This document shows positions 10,296 to 19,359 of a stretch of DNA of 44,041 bases, one piece after another. The translations under genes were made by a program, and so were the position numbers. The stretch lies in the IMG/VR virus record IMGVR_UViG_3300022660_003376, one strand, 5' to 3'. Under the pieces are notes generated by a model, which saw nothing but the letters and a program-made list of their open reading frames with translations, searched no databases and had not been told where the DNA came from. Every line of letters starts with the position of its first letter. Within the stretch, counting starts at the first letter, position 1. This DNA comes from an uncultured virus (IMG/VR IMGVR_UViG_3300022660_003376). Its lineage: Duplodnaviria > Heunggongvirae > Uroviricota > Caudoviricetes.

Positions 10296-12440
10296 ATGAG
10301 TAATGAAAATAACAAGACTGGTGTACACTACGGTAATAGTAGTATCGACCAGTTGTTAGGTGCAGAACGTGTACGTAGACGTCCTGCAGCGATGCTTGGT
10401 TCATCAGGTATTGATGGTGCAAGACATGGATTTACAGAAATCTATGGTAACGCATTAGACGAAGTAACATCAGGGTATGGTGATAGACTTGATGTTAAAT
10501 ATTATAAAGATGGTTCAATCTCTATTCGAGATTATGGTAGAGGTGTTCCACTTGGTTGGAATACAAATCTTAGTGCGTGGAACTGGCACATAATCTATAA
10601 TGAGTTATATGGCGGAGGTAAGTATACTAAAAACCAAGACAAGCTCAGAGAGATTAAGGATTGGAGTTCATTCAATGAGTTAGACTATAACTACTTATAT
10701 TCAGTTGGTCTGAATGGATTGGGTGCAGCATCAACTCAGTACACATCTGAATTCTTTGAGGTACATTCTTATAGAGACGGCAAGGTTACTAAGATGCGTT
10801 TCGAGAAAGGCTTACCTATCATAAATGGTGTACCTGTCAACGTGTTCAGAGAACAGGTTGATATGGAAGCGTTAGAACCTATCATAGAAGATACAGATGA
10901 GCCAAACGGAACATTTGTTTGGTGGAAGCCTGACTCAGACGTATTCACTGATACTGATGTAACTGGAAAATGGTTGCTTGAGACTTGTGAAAGTATCACA
11001 AATGTAGCTCATGTAAATCTTAATTTTATTGATGAGCAGACTGGTATTGAAAAGAATATACCAGCAGGCAACTTAGAAACGCTTGTGGGTATCATGGGTG
11101 GTAATAGTTTATATCACGATGATTCTGATAATCCTGTTATTTTCTCAGGCGAGGCGTTCAGTCATGGTACAACTAGGGTTGAGCAAGACCCAAACTACAT
11201 ATGGGTATGTAAGTTAGCTTTCTCAATTGGTATAACTGAGAAGAATGTACCACATAGATGTTTCCACAATGCTGTTAGAATGGCAAGTGGTATTCAGTAC
11301 AGTGCTGTTGACTGGGCAATCAGAACATTTTTCACTGATATAGCTCGTCAAAGGGGTATCAAGTTGGAAGAGTCCGACTACAAGAATATATTTACTGTAG
11401 CGATAAGCACATATTCGAACTACGCATCATTCCGTAGCCAGACAAAAGATGCTGTAGACAACGACTTCATACATGATTTGATATATGATGCAATCACAAA
11501 GAAGCTGACACTTGAGTATGGTAAGGGTAATAAGCACATACTTGCTTGTATAGAGCGAGTTATAGCGGATGCTCAGGTTAGAATTGCTACAAGGGAGTAC
11601 ATGAACCAAGCCAGAATTGCAAAGAAGGCTACAAAGCAGACGAAAGACCCCGAAAAGTTCTTAACAAGTAAGGCATATATTAAGAAGGACTATGCTAATT
11701 CTGAGTTATGGATTGCGGAAGGTGACTCAGCGAGTGGTGCAATCAAACAGGCACGTAACTCAGACTTTCAGGCAGTAATACATACACAGGGTAAGTTCTT
11801 AAATACTCTGAAAGCATCATTAGACAAGATACTAAAGAACAAGATAATCATGGATATCATAAGTGTTATTGGTGCAGGAATGGATATCGGTGAGGAATTA
11901 TTCGATATTAGCAAGTGTCGTTTCAGTAAGATAATAATTGCAACGGATGCTGACGTTGACGGGTATCAGATACGTGTTTTGGTATTCAACTTATTTTACA
12001 GTTTATGTCCAAAGATAATAACTGACGGCAGACTGTTCATTGCGGAAACACCTAGATTCGAGATAGTACTGTTTGACGGTACTAGGGAGTATGCTCGTGA
12101 CGATAAGGAACGAGACGAACTTCTTAAAGAGCATGGTGGCAATGTAAAGGGTGTAAATCGTTTTAAGGGCTTGGGTGAAATGAACGCAGATACACTCAGA
12201 TTAACAACAGTACATCCTGATACCAGAAGACTTGTTCCTGTTACATTGGATATGAAGGATAAATTCACAATTGATTTGATAGACGCTATGTTCGGTATGG
12301 ATAAGATGCGTATGAGAAGAACACTTCTTATTGAGGCACTTGGTGCTGACGTTGCAGAATTCATAGAAGAGAATGACGCTCTTCTTTCTGAGATTGATGC
12401 TCTCACATTTGATGAGGAGACTGAGGTTCAGGCGGTGTAA
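10296..12440 (+). CDS. gyrB: type IIA topoisomerase B subunit (GyrB/ParE-like)
   Basis: VRRRPAAMLG, EIYGNALDE, DYGRGVP, GLNGLG (GHKL ATPase); AEGDSA, ATDADVDG (TOPRIM); RFKGLGEM. Confidence 0.93.
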   Translation: MSNENNKTGVHYGNSSIDQLLGAERVRRRPAAMLGSSGIDGARHGFTEIYGNALDEVTSGYGDRLDVKYYKDGSISIRDYGRGVPLGWNTNLSAWNWHIIYNELYGGGKYTKNQDKLREIKDWSSFNELDYNYLYSVGLNGLGAASTQYTSEFFEVHSYRDGKVTKMRFEKGLPIINGVPVNVFREQVDMEALEPIIEDTDEPNGTFVWWKPDSDVFTDTDVTGKWLLETCESITNVAHVNLNFIDEQTGIEKNIPAGNLETLVGIMGGNSLYHDDSDNPVIFSGEAFSHGTTRVEQDPNYIWVCKLAFSIGITEKNVPHRCFHNAVRMASGIQYSAVDWAIRTFFTDIARQRGIKLEESDYKNIFTVAISTYSNYASFRSQTKDAVDNDFIHDLIYDAITKKLTLEYGKGNKHILACIERVIADAQVRIATREYMNQARIAKKATKQTKDPEKFLTSKAYIKKDYANSELWIAEGDSASGAIKQARNSDFQAVIHTQGKFLNTLKASLDKILKNKIIMDIISVIGAGMDIGEELFDISKCRFSKIIIATDADVDGYQIRVLVFNLFYSLCPKIITDGRLFIAETPRFEIVLFDGTREYARDDKERDELLKEHGGNVKGVNRFKGLGEMNADTLRLTTVHPDTRRLVPVTLDMKDKFTIDLIDAMFGMDKMRMRRTLLIEALGADVAEFIEENDALLSEIDALTFDEETEVQAV

Positions 12441-12446
12441 GTTTTT

Positions 12447-12487
12447 ATTGAGTTAGTCATATATCGGTATGGCTAACTCAATTTATT
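12447..12487 (+). terminator. hairpin/terminator
   Basis: ATTGAGTTAGTCATA-6nt-TATGGCTAACTCAAT inverted repeat directly after the stop codon. Confidence 0.6.
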
Positions 12488-12503
12488 CGTAGGAGGTAAA
12501 ATA

Positions 12504-13109
12504 ATGAAAGATTTTGTAGTTGTCGACATAGAGACTACTGGTTTAGTTAATACTATGCATGATATAATACAGATTGGTGCTTGTAAGGTAAAGAACGGGC
12601 TAGTAGACGGTAGCTTCGACCAATTTGTAAAGATAAGCGGTTCTATACCATATGAAGTACAACAACTAACGGGTATCAGGGATTCAGACTTAGAAGACGC
12701 AAACTCGATTGGTGAGGTATTGCAGGAATTTATTGACTTTTGCGAGGATTTGCCGTTTGTTTGTCATAACATACAGTATGATTATAATTTTTTACTTGAG
12801 AAGAGTCGCATTTGTGGCTTAGAGGCTGAGTTCACACGGCACAATACAAGAACAGGTATAGATACTCTTGCTCTGTGTAGAAAGTTTTATCCGAATGTAA
12901 GTCATAGATTGGGTTCGATGATAGAGTATTTAGGTATTACTCGTTTAGATGGTGAGTATCACAATGCTTTATATGATGCATATATGACGAAGCAGTTATA
13001 CACTTATCTGCTTAGTAAATACGGTGCTATGTTTGATGTAAAGACACCTATAAGCTTGGGTACATGTTCTGGAAGGAGGGCTGAGGGTGAAGCGTTTAGT
13101 TTCCAATAG
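12504..13109 (+). CDS. DEDDh 3'-5' exonuclease (DnaQ/PolC-exonuclease-like)
   Basis: ExoI DIETTG, ExoII HNIQYD, ExoIII HNALYDA. Confidence 0.9.
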   Translation: MKDFVVVDIETTGLVNTMHDIIQIGACKVKNGLVDGSFDQFVKISGSIPYEVQQLTGIRDSDLEDANSIGEVLQEFIDFCEDLPFVCHNIQYDYNFLLEKSRICGLEAEFTRHNTRTGIDTLALCRKFYPNVSHRLGSMIEYLGITRLDGEYHNALYDAYMTKQLYTYLLSKYGAMFDVKTPISLGTCSGRRAEGEAFSFQ

Positions 13110-13638
13110 GGGTACTGGTGATACAAAGAAACTCAGCAGAAGAATGCAGTCTATTTGCATGATTGTGGGTTTTGCACTCATTTTGAGTTATTTGTTTGTT
13201 TCGTTTGAGAAGCTACTATTCTTGGTGGCTGTATTCGATAAGAATAAGACTGAAATTAAGAATGATACCAGCTTGGTAGAGGTTACTGAGTTGACTATCG
13301 AGGGTGATACAGCACGGCTTATAATGGCAGATGATTCTACACGAGATGCTAGTACTTCACGCATGGTGCATCTAGGGAATACTGGACGTGATAAGATGTA
13401 CTACAGTGTAGATACAGACACTGTAATATATGAGTCAGCAAGAACATATGCTTGGACATTCTTACTTAAATGTTGGTATCCGATAATATTGGTACTTTCG
13501 ATAGGGGTATTCTGTTTATTGATTGTGGTTCGTAAGAAAGGAACGCAAGTTTTATCTGCAAAACCAATTAGGATAGCATGGGGTGTGCAGACTGTATTTG
13601 TATGCTGTTTCGGGGTACTCTGTTTTATAGTACTTTAA
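13087..13638 (+). CDS. membrane protein
   Basis: Three hydrophobic segments; start uncertain (GTG 13087 or ATG 13144). Confidence 0.65.
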   Translation: MKRLVSNRGTGDTKKLSRRMQSICMIVGFALILSYLFVSFEKLLFLVAVFDKNKTEIKNDTSLVEVTELTIEGDTARLIMADDSTRDASTSRMVHLGNTGRDKMYYSVDTDTVIYESARTYAWTFLLKCWYPIILVLSIGVFCLLIVVRKKGTQVLSAKPIRIAWGVQTVFVCCFGVLCFIVL

Positions 13639-13649
13639 TGTTTATAAGT

Positions 13650-13689
13650 ATGGCGGTAAACGTATTAGTTTATCGTCATTTTTTATTTG
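13650..13689 (+). terminator. intrinsic terminator
   Basis: ATGGCGGTAAAC/GTTTATCGTCAT stem plus TTTTTATTT. Confidence 0.7.
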
Positions 13690-13825
13690 AGTATACCTTG
13701 GAAATTTAATAATATTAAAAACTATAAAATAAATAAATTTCTGCTGATATGTGATTAAAATTATAAGTTAATCTGTTAGGCGGATTATATATAATAAATA
13801 AACGAAAAGGAGAGTGTAAGCTTTT

Positions 13826-15970
13826 ATGTATGATACAAGTAAAATGACTGAGGGCATGGATAATCTGCACAGAGGTTATGTAGATTACGCTAAGGAAGTT
13901 ATTATTTCCAGAGCGTTGCCTGCGATGCTTGATGGTCTTAAGCCAGCGAACAGAAGACTGTTATATACTGCGGAAAAGACTATGATTAAAAACGGTAATT
14001 ATTTAAAACAGAAGTCTGCTACCTTAGTTGGTGAGACTATGAAAATTCACCCTCACGGCGATGCTTCAATATATGAAACTTTAGTTCCGATGACAGACAA
14101 TAATGGTTCAATGGCACTTCCTTTATTTAAGGGGCAGGGTAACTTTGGTAAGTTTAACAGTACTGAGCCAGCAGGTGCATCACGTTACACTGAGGTAACT
14201 CTTGCTGAAATGGCAAGTAACTATTTTGGTGAGTTAGACGGTATAAGAATGAAACCGACTGAGGATGCAAGTGACGTAGAACCTGAATTACTTCCTGTTA
14301 GTTTCCCTGCAGTGCTATGTAATGCTACATCGGGTATTGCAGTAGGTTTTAGTTCGCAGATACCATCGTTTAATTTCAATGATGTTTTGGATTTGACAAT
14401 GGAGTATCTGAGAACAGGTGAATGTAAGACAATCATTTGTCCTGATTTCGTATCTGGTGGTTTCTACATAAAGAACAACAAAGAGTTAGAAAAGCTCATG
14501 AGAACAGGTAAGGCGAAGTTGAAACTTCGTGGTAGAGTTGAAAGAAATGATAAATACCTGACAATAGTAGAGTTACCACACGGTAAGACTCTACAGGGTA
14601 TTAAGAAGCAAATAGACTCTGCTGAAATCCCTAGCATAAGGGGTAGTGTTGGTGATACTTCGGACTTTGAACATGGTACTGGCTTGCTTGTTGAGTGTAC
14701 TTCAAAGAACAGAGTAGACGAGACGCTGTTGGCATTATATCGTGATTCCGACTTACAGTATACATTTAGTGCAAGAATGATGACAATACTGAATGATGTA
14801 CCGATAACAAAGGGAGTTTGGGGTATAATTGCTGAGTGGGTTAAGTGGAGAAGACAGGTTCTCATAACAACCTATAAGGTACAGCTTAAAAAGCTTGAGG
14901 CTGAAAGACGTGATGCTGAGGCTTTTGTTACAGTAACGTCTGATGAAAAGATAAAAGACCATATTGTTGATTTAGTAATACATAAATCAACTTCTGAGGC
15001 AGTGGACTACATAGTAGAAACATTCAGAGACAAGGGTATCACTAGAGACCTTGCTCAATGGATTGTTGGCAGAAGCCTGTCATCTTTTAGTAAGACAAGC
15101 AAATATATCGAAAGATATAAAACTTTAAGTGACAGAATTAATGCTATAAACAGTAGCATAACTAATATTGACGATGTAATTTGTGCTCAGTTGCAGGCGT
15201 TAAAAGATAAATATGGGGCACAGTGTCCAAGACGTACAGAAATATCCACAACGGATTATGAATTTGTGTCTGAGGACGAAAATGCTACAAAGGATACAAA
15301 CACATGCCAGTATATAATCAAGCAGGGCTTCTTGTCTAAGATAAGGGGTTCATATGTGGATACAGAATGCGACTTACATATCGAGGCAACAGCGAGTGAT
15401 ATTCTTATTGCGATAGATAATAGAGGACGTGTTCTCCGAATATACTGTGAGGATATACCGTATACAACTACAGACTTAGGTCAGTACTTACCGAGATATT
15501 TTGGTTTTGAAGAAGACGAAAGCTACAGAATATGGTGGTTAGGTAAACTTGACGGTAGTGAAAAAATGATTCTCTACTCAGACGGTAATGTAGGTTTCCT
15601 TAAAACATCTGAGTGGACTGGTGTTGAACGAAAGGTAAAGGTTATAGAGAAGGGTATCTCGGTTTCTTCAGCTAATAGTGTTGCAATGGTATTTGAGGAA
15701 GTACCTGAATGCTTGTTTGTAACAAGTAACAGTGGTAAGCTTGGTTTTGTTAATACAGACAGCATAAAGAGAAAGAACAGAACCGCAAAGACAAGGGTAT
15801 TTACAATGGATGAGGGTGAGTTTATCGACACATATGCGTTAATGTCACCGACTGAGGCAATTGTATTTGTAAAGAACCTTGACTACTATGCAAACACAAA
15901 GTTGAGATATCTTGAAACTCGTGATAGTCTGCTTGGTGATATTGATATGTTCCAAGATTGTTATGTGTAA
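13826..15970 (+). CDS. gyrA: type IIA topoisomerase A subunit (GyrA/ParC-like)
   Basis: SRALP..DGLKPANRR, HPHGD, GQGNFG, catalytic SRYTE, GIAVG, PDF; degenerate C-terminal domain with no clear GyrA-box. Confidence 0.93.
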   Translation: MYDTSKMTEGMDNLHRGYVDYAKEVIISRALPAMLDGLKPANRRLLYTAEKTMIKNGNYLKQKSATLVGETMKIHPHGDASIYETLVPMTDNNGSMALPLFKGQGNFGKFNSTEPAGASRYTEVTLAEMASNYFGELDGIRMKPTEDASDVEPELLPVSFPAVLCNATSGIAVGFSSQIPSFNFNDVLDLTMEYLRTGECKTIICPDFVSGGFYIKNNKELEKLMRTGKAKLKLRGRVERNDKYLTIVELPHGKTLQGIKKQIDSAEIPSIRGSVGDTSDFEHGTGLLVECTSKNRVDETLLALYRDSDLQYTFSARMMTILNDVPITKGVWGIIAEWVKWRRQVLITTYKVQLKKLEAERRDAEAFVTVTSDEKIKDHIVDLVIHKSTSEAVDYIVETFRDKGITRDLAQWIVGRSLSSFSKTSKYIERYKTLSDRINAINSSITNIDDVICAQLQALKDKYGAQCPRRTEISTTDYEFVSEDENATKDTNTCQYIIKQGFLSKIRGSYVDTECDLHIEATASDILIAIDNRGRVLRIYCEDIPYTTTDLGQYLPRYFGFEEDESYRIWWLGKLDGSEKMILYSDGNVGFLKTSEWTGVERKVKVIEKGISVSSANSVAMVFEEVPECLFVTSNSGKLGFVNTDSIKRKNRTAKTRVFTMDEGEFIDTYALMSPTEAIVFVKNLDYYANTKLRYLETRDSLLGDIDMFQDCYV

Positions 15971-15992
15971 CTATAATTCAATATAAGAAATT

Positions 15993-16025
15993 TTAGAGCG
16001 TTTATAAAACGCTCTAATTTTTTAT
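15993..16025 (+). terminator. intrinsic terminator
   Basis: TTAGAGCGTTT/AAACGCTCTAA stem plus T tract. Confidence 0.7.
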
Positions 16026-16071
16026 GTAGATACATCTAAATAAGTAACCTTAAATAAAGGAGGGTACGAAA

Positions 16072-16308
16072 ATGTTATTTAGATGTATGTGGTCTTTGTT
16101 ATTAGACGTAACAATGAGTTTTAAGGGTTTGTTGTTTTTAGATGTAATTCAAACTAACGGTTTATCTTGCATATTTTACTGCATAGACGAACAGAATGGT
16201 ACGTATAGTTTTTGGCGTTGTAAGTTTGGTGAAACACCTGCTATACTGGCGGATGGCTTATCAAAGGAGGATGCTAGATTTAAATTATCTATATTAGGTT
16301 TAAAATAA
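16072..16308 (+). CDS. small hypothetical protein
   Basis: 78-aa ORF with strong RBS AAGGAGG. Confidence 0.6.
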   Translation: MLFRCMWSLLLDVTMSFKGLLFLDVIQTNGLSCIFYCIDEQNGTYSFWRCKFGETPAILADGLSKEDARFKLSILGLK

Positions 16309-16394
16309 TTTATAAGTTAATAATTGTTTTTCGAGAATTTCATTTAGTTATATCATTTTTATAGAAATAAAAATGGTGGAGGTAAAAGAGTATT

Positions 16395-17894
16395 ATGGCA
16401 GATACCAATGTAAATGAGGTAGTTCTGACTCCTGACGAGAGACTATCTCAGCTTGCAGATATGCTATTGGCTAGTGTTTTTAAGAAAACAGAAGTATCTA
16501 AGGCTAATAGAAATATGTTATTTGGTCAGTTAAGTCCGAAAGGTTTCATAAATGAGCATCATATACTATACGCAGTATTATATAATTTTCGTGATAAGGG
16601 TATTGTTCCTGATTATGATTTCATGAAGTTATACTTGCTACGTAACGAAAAGGTAGTAAGAGACGCAACTAAGTATATTGATTTAAGAGCCTATGCTGAC
16701 CAAGATGAGTCACCAACAGTAGGCTACATCTATGGGGTACTTAAGCTATTCAAGAGACTTGAGAAGATAGAGTCGTTAGGCTGTGATGATTTTAATGTAA
16801 CTCTTGAAAAGTACAAAATTGAGTTTCAATCAAACAGTATTTGCGAAGCCTATAATTTGGCTAAGACAGCATTATATGATGGAATTAAACTTGGTAGACG
16901 AACATATCAAGGTTATGATGACAGCGTAACTCTCATTAAGGAGCGTATAGCTGAAATAGAGGGTATCATAGACAGCTCTAAGGGTGTCGGCTTCATAGAC
17001 TCTAGTGTTTCTGGTTTAGAGGATGATGACTCTGCAGTTGCGGTTAAGATAGGTGATTTCGGGGAAATAAAGGAGTTAAACGACCACTTGGGTGGTATTT
17101 ACGCACCTTATTTTTACTCAATACTTGCACCGACAAAGGGTGGTAAGTCTAAGTTCACAACTGCAATGATACATAATATTGTTGTAGAACACGGCATAAA
17201 TGCAGTAGTGTGGGCATACGAAGGTGGTTATCAAATGTGGTGGGCACAGTTACGTGCTAGACATTATGATTGGTTTTATAATCGTAATGAGCCTGATATA
17301 ACAAAGCATAAAACAGGGGTATCACAGAAAATCATATATGAAAAGACTTTTGCAAGTCCTGCAATACAGTCTGCTGAAAATGCTAGTCGTATTGATTTAT
17401 TTGCAAACAAGAACTATGGCAAAATAGTAATGATTGATAGACCGTTCAATCTTGAAACATTCATAAACGAGATAGATACTGCTGTAAAGGCAAATAACGC
17501 TAAGGTAGTGCTTGTAGACTACTTGCAGTTAATTAGTAGCGTATCTGGTGTAAATAAGTCACAAGCAATTGGTTTAGCTTATCAGCGTTTACTTGCATAT
17601 GCGAGAGATAACAAGGTAGCTATTATTTCACCAGCTCAGTTCAAGCAAGAGTTCATCAACGAGTTAGCTCAGTCCAAGAATGGTAGAGGTGGCGATACTC
17701 GTGTAGCAGGTGGTGAGTCATCAGAAATCGTGCGTACACCCGATATAAATATCGCACTTTACAGTACAGTTGAAGACTTAGAAGCAGGGTATATGCAATG
17801 TTTGTCGATACCTAGTCGAATGGCATCGCCATTTAAGACATTCGGTATGTATTGCGATTTAGCAACGTGTTTCTTTATGTCTATTGACGAATAG
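16395..17894 (+). CDS. DnaB-like (SF4) replicative helicase
   Basis: Walker A APTKGGKS, H1a WAYE, H2 VLVDYLQL, H3 ISPAQ, H4 GESSEIVRTPD. Confidence 0.85.
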   Translation: MADTNVNEVVLTPDERLSQLADMLLASVFKKTEVSKANRNMLFGQLSPKGFINEHHILYAVLYNFRDKGIVPDYDFMKLYLLRNEKVVRDATKYIDLRAYADQDESPTVGYIYGVLKLFKRLEKIESLGCDDFNVTLEKYKIEFQSNSICEAYNLAKTALYDGIKLGRRTYQGYDDSVTLIKERIAEIEGIIDSSKGVGFIDSSVSGLEDDDSAVAVKIGDFGEIKELNDHLGGIYAPYFYSILAPTKGGKSKFTTAMIHNIVVEHGINAVVWAYEGGYQMWWAQLRARHYDWFYNRNEPDITKHKTGVSQKIIYEKTFASPAIQSAENASRIDLFANKNYGKIVMIDRPFNLETFINEIDTAVKANNAKVVLVDYLQLISSVSGVNKSQAIGLAYQRLLAYARDNKVAIISPAQFKQEFINELAQSKNGRGGDTRVAGGESSEIVRTPDINIALYSTVEDLEAGYMQCLSIPSRMASPFKTFGMYCDLATCFFMSIDE

Positions 17895-17924
17895 TAGACT
17901 AGAAAATAGTCTACTTATTCGTTT
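17889..17924 (+). terminator. hairpin/terminator after the helicase gene
   Basis: GAATAGTAGACTA/TAGTCTACTTATTC inverted repeat. Confidence 0.55.
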
Positions 17925-18253
17925 AAATAGTAAATCAGATAGCTTTTGTATAAGAAATTTTATGAGTTAAATTCACATATAGCAAGTTCGGTTTGTGACC
18001 TGTTGTACTCTCAGTTTTGGGTGTTGAACCCCTTTTAGTTCATACTCAAATCAGTAGCAGATAGGCATGAAAAATTAAAGATTTTTGGCATTTTAAGATT
18101 TTTCGTGAATTTTGTAGACTTACTTTTGGGGATAAACTCAATAAAATAAGGGTATCTGATTTAGTGGTAGTTTGGTAATTAGTTGATTGTGGCTAATTAT
18201 GAGGAAGAATTGTATAGCGATATACAAATAGAAAGGAAAAATCGGAGGTAAAT

Positions 18254-18847
18254 ATGGGTAAGAAGAATGGTTATTGGGCATTTGCAGGAGCAGTTGGTGT
18301 GGTTGCAGGTTATGCACTTTGTAAACTTGTAGAGAGACATAAGAAACGCAGTGAAGAAAAGTTAGATACACTTAGTCCTTTTGAAGACGACTTTAGTCTA
18401 TTTGAAGATGATTTCTTTTCTTCTAGGGAGTCAGGAAAGCCTGTAGCTGAGACTTGGGATACAGATGATTGTGACATACCGAAATGCAGAAAGAACAGAA
18501 AGAATAAGTCTGATTCTTGGGAGGATGACTGCTCTGATGTTGAAGAAGATGAATACTTCGCAGATACTAATGAAGATGAGTATGTAGCTGACTTCGAGAA
18601 TGAAGGTGAAATAATCACAGCATCTGAGATTAGTAAAGCCGACCTAGGTGAAGATGAATATGTGGCTGACTTCGAGAATGAGGATGAAGTAATTACAGCA
18701 TCTGAGATTAAGGAAGCCGACCCAGATGAAGACTGGTCTTTTAGCTCTGAGGAAGGTAGTGTACCAGACTTGAATTTAGCCGATACGCTTCAGGAACACT
18801 CTGTTAAGGGTAGTAAAAGGGGTAGAAGAAGCAGAAAGAAGAACTAA
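18254..18847 (+). CDS. acidic protein with N-terminal hydrophobic anchor and internal repeat
   Basis: WAFAGAVGVVAGYALC N-terminus; duplicated EDEYVADFENE.E.ITASEI; basic tail; RBS GGAGGT. Confidence 0.75.
   Translation: MGKKNGYWAFAGAVGVVAGYALCKLVERHKKRSEEKLDTLSPFEDDFSLFEDDFFSSRESGKPVAETWDTDDCDIPKCRKNRKNKSDSWEDDCSDVEEDEYFADTNEDEYVADFENEGEIITASEISKADLGEDEYVADFENEDEVITASEIKEADPDEDWSFSSEEGSVPDLNLADTLQEHSVKGSKRGRRSRKKN
18571..18726 (+). repeat. intragenic tandem repeat, 2 x 78 bp
   Basis: TGAAGATGA(G/A)TATGT(A/G)GCTGACTTCGAGAATGA... starts at 18571 and 18649. Confidence 0.85.
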
Positions 18848-18872
18848 TTTATGTTAAAGAGGGTGTAGTTAG

Positions 18873-19277
18873 GTGAGTACATTATCATATGTAGCTATTA
18901 TACTTGTAGCACTTATAGTAATTGTATGTTTGGGTAGGATAAAGAATAAGGTGCGTTCTATGGTGCTTAGAATTTTGCTTGTGATTGGCACAGTAGTGTG
19001 CATCACAACAGGCACTTATAAGGATATATTACCTACAAAGGCTACTGTAGACAAATTAGTAGCTAAGGGTACTGAAATAAAACAGGAAATACAAACCGAG
19101 GGTATCTTGACAGACGAAGTACGTGAGAAAGTAGACGATTACAACAACCTTATAGACAAGGTTCAATCGGCTCGTGAAAGTACTCTTGTTTCGGGTTTTG
19201 TAAATATCTTTTGTTCTTCGGAGGATATGACAGACTTTGATTTCAGGAGTTTGAAAATAGATATTTCAGACAAATAG
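18873..19277 (+). CDS. membrane protein
   Basis: Two N-terminal TM segments plus helical tail. Confidence 0.7.
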   Translation: MSTLSYVAIILVALIVIVCLGRIKNKVRSMVLRILLVIGTVVCITTGTYKDILPTKATVDKLVAKGTEIKQEIQTEGILTDEVREKVDDYNNLIDKVQSARESTLVSGFVNIFCSSEDMTDFDFRSLKIDISDK

Positions 19278-19290
19278 AATATGCAGATAA

Positions 19291-19333
19291 GTACCGTAGT
19301 TATCAGCTTCTTGTTGATTTCTACGGTATTGTT
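19291..19333 (+). terminator. hairpin/terminator
   Basis: TACCGTAG..ATCAGC/GTTGAT..CTACGGTA stem. Confidence 0.5.
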
Positions 19334-19359
19334 ATGTAAAACAAATGGAGGTGTGTATC

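Noticed and set aside
10296..15970. Both topoisomerase subunits are exactly 714 aa
   Set aside because: No sequence similarity between them; coincidence
10296..17894. Inteins or introns in the topoisomerase or helicase genes
   Set aside because: Lengths are ordinary; no intein termini or LAGLIDADG motifs noticed
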